From assembly GCF_044704955.1 (NCBI RefSeq), contig NC_091999.1, positions 64,976,001 to 65,040,000 on the forward strand: 64,000 bases of DNA. The letters are read 5' to 3'. This document shows, piece by piece, positions 63,700-64,000 of this stretch (position 1 is the stretch's first letter; each line of letters begins with the position of its first letter). A program made the translations under genes and the position numbers. The DNA is from Pristiophorus japonicus (lineage: Eukaryota). The notes under the pieces are model-generated. The model was not told the DNA's origin. It saw nothing but the letters and a program-made list of their open reading frames with translations, and did not search any database.

Positions 63700-64000
63700 C
63701 ACTGAGCCCAATTCTGGGCTCTGCACCTCAGGAAGGATATACTTGTCGTGGAGGCGGTAAAGTGCAGGTTTACCCGAATGATCCCGGGACTAATAAAGTA
63801 AAACGATGAGGAGACGAGTATAGAACATTAAGATGGGATCAAATTGAGGTGTTTAAGTTGATCAATGGAATTGATTCAGTAGATGTAGAAACATTATTTC
63901 GTTTGGTGGGAGAGTCCAGAATAAGTAGCATAAACTTAAAATTAGAGCTAGACCGTGCAGAAAGTATGTCAGGAAGGATTTCATCACATGCAGAATAACG
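63700..64000 (+). mobile_element. CR1 3' RT fragment
   Basis: ttctgggctctgcacctcaggaaggatatactt...aggtttacccgaatgatcccggga. Confidence 0.75.

Overview
Repeat-rich genomic DNA from a cartilaginous fish (shark), inferred from the IgM protein sequences, CR1 LINEs and Deu-domain SINEs. The last ~10.5 kb holds a shark-style IgM heavy-chain minicluster on the + strand: leader, VH with a 23-RSS, one J-containing segment, CH1 and CH2. It is a pseudogene. Its J segment lies behind a 12-RSS and carries about 22 extra D-like nucleotides with no separate D segments, which looks like a germline pre-joined D(D)J facing an unrearranged V. The first ~44 kb is a tandem array of an old ~8-10 kb unit (three largely complete copies and a partial fourth). 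The unit hides six exon-like blocks of an unidentified decayed gene with mutually consistent splice phases. Individual copies were later invaded by CR1 elements, one near full length with TATA-containing 5' monomers, and by a 5.9 kb ERV with LTRs, integrase and env but no RT. Tandem repeats of 27, 67, 36/30 and 38 bp fill much of the rest. All translations and alignments were done by eye, so repeat boundaries are approximate.
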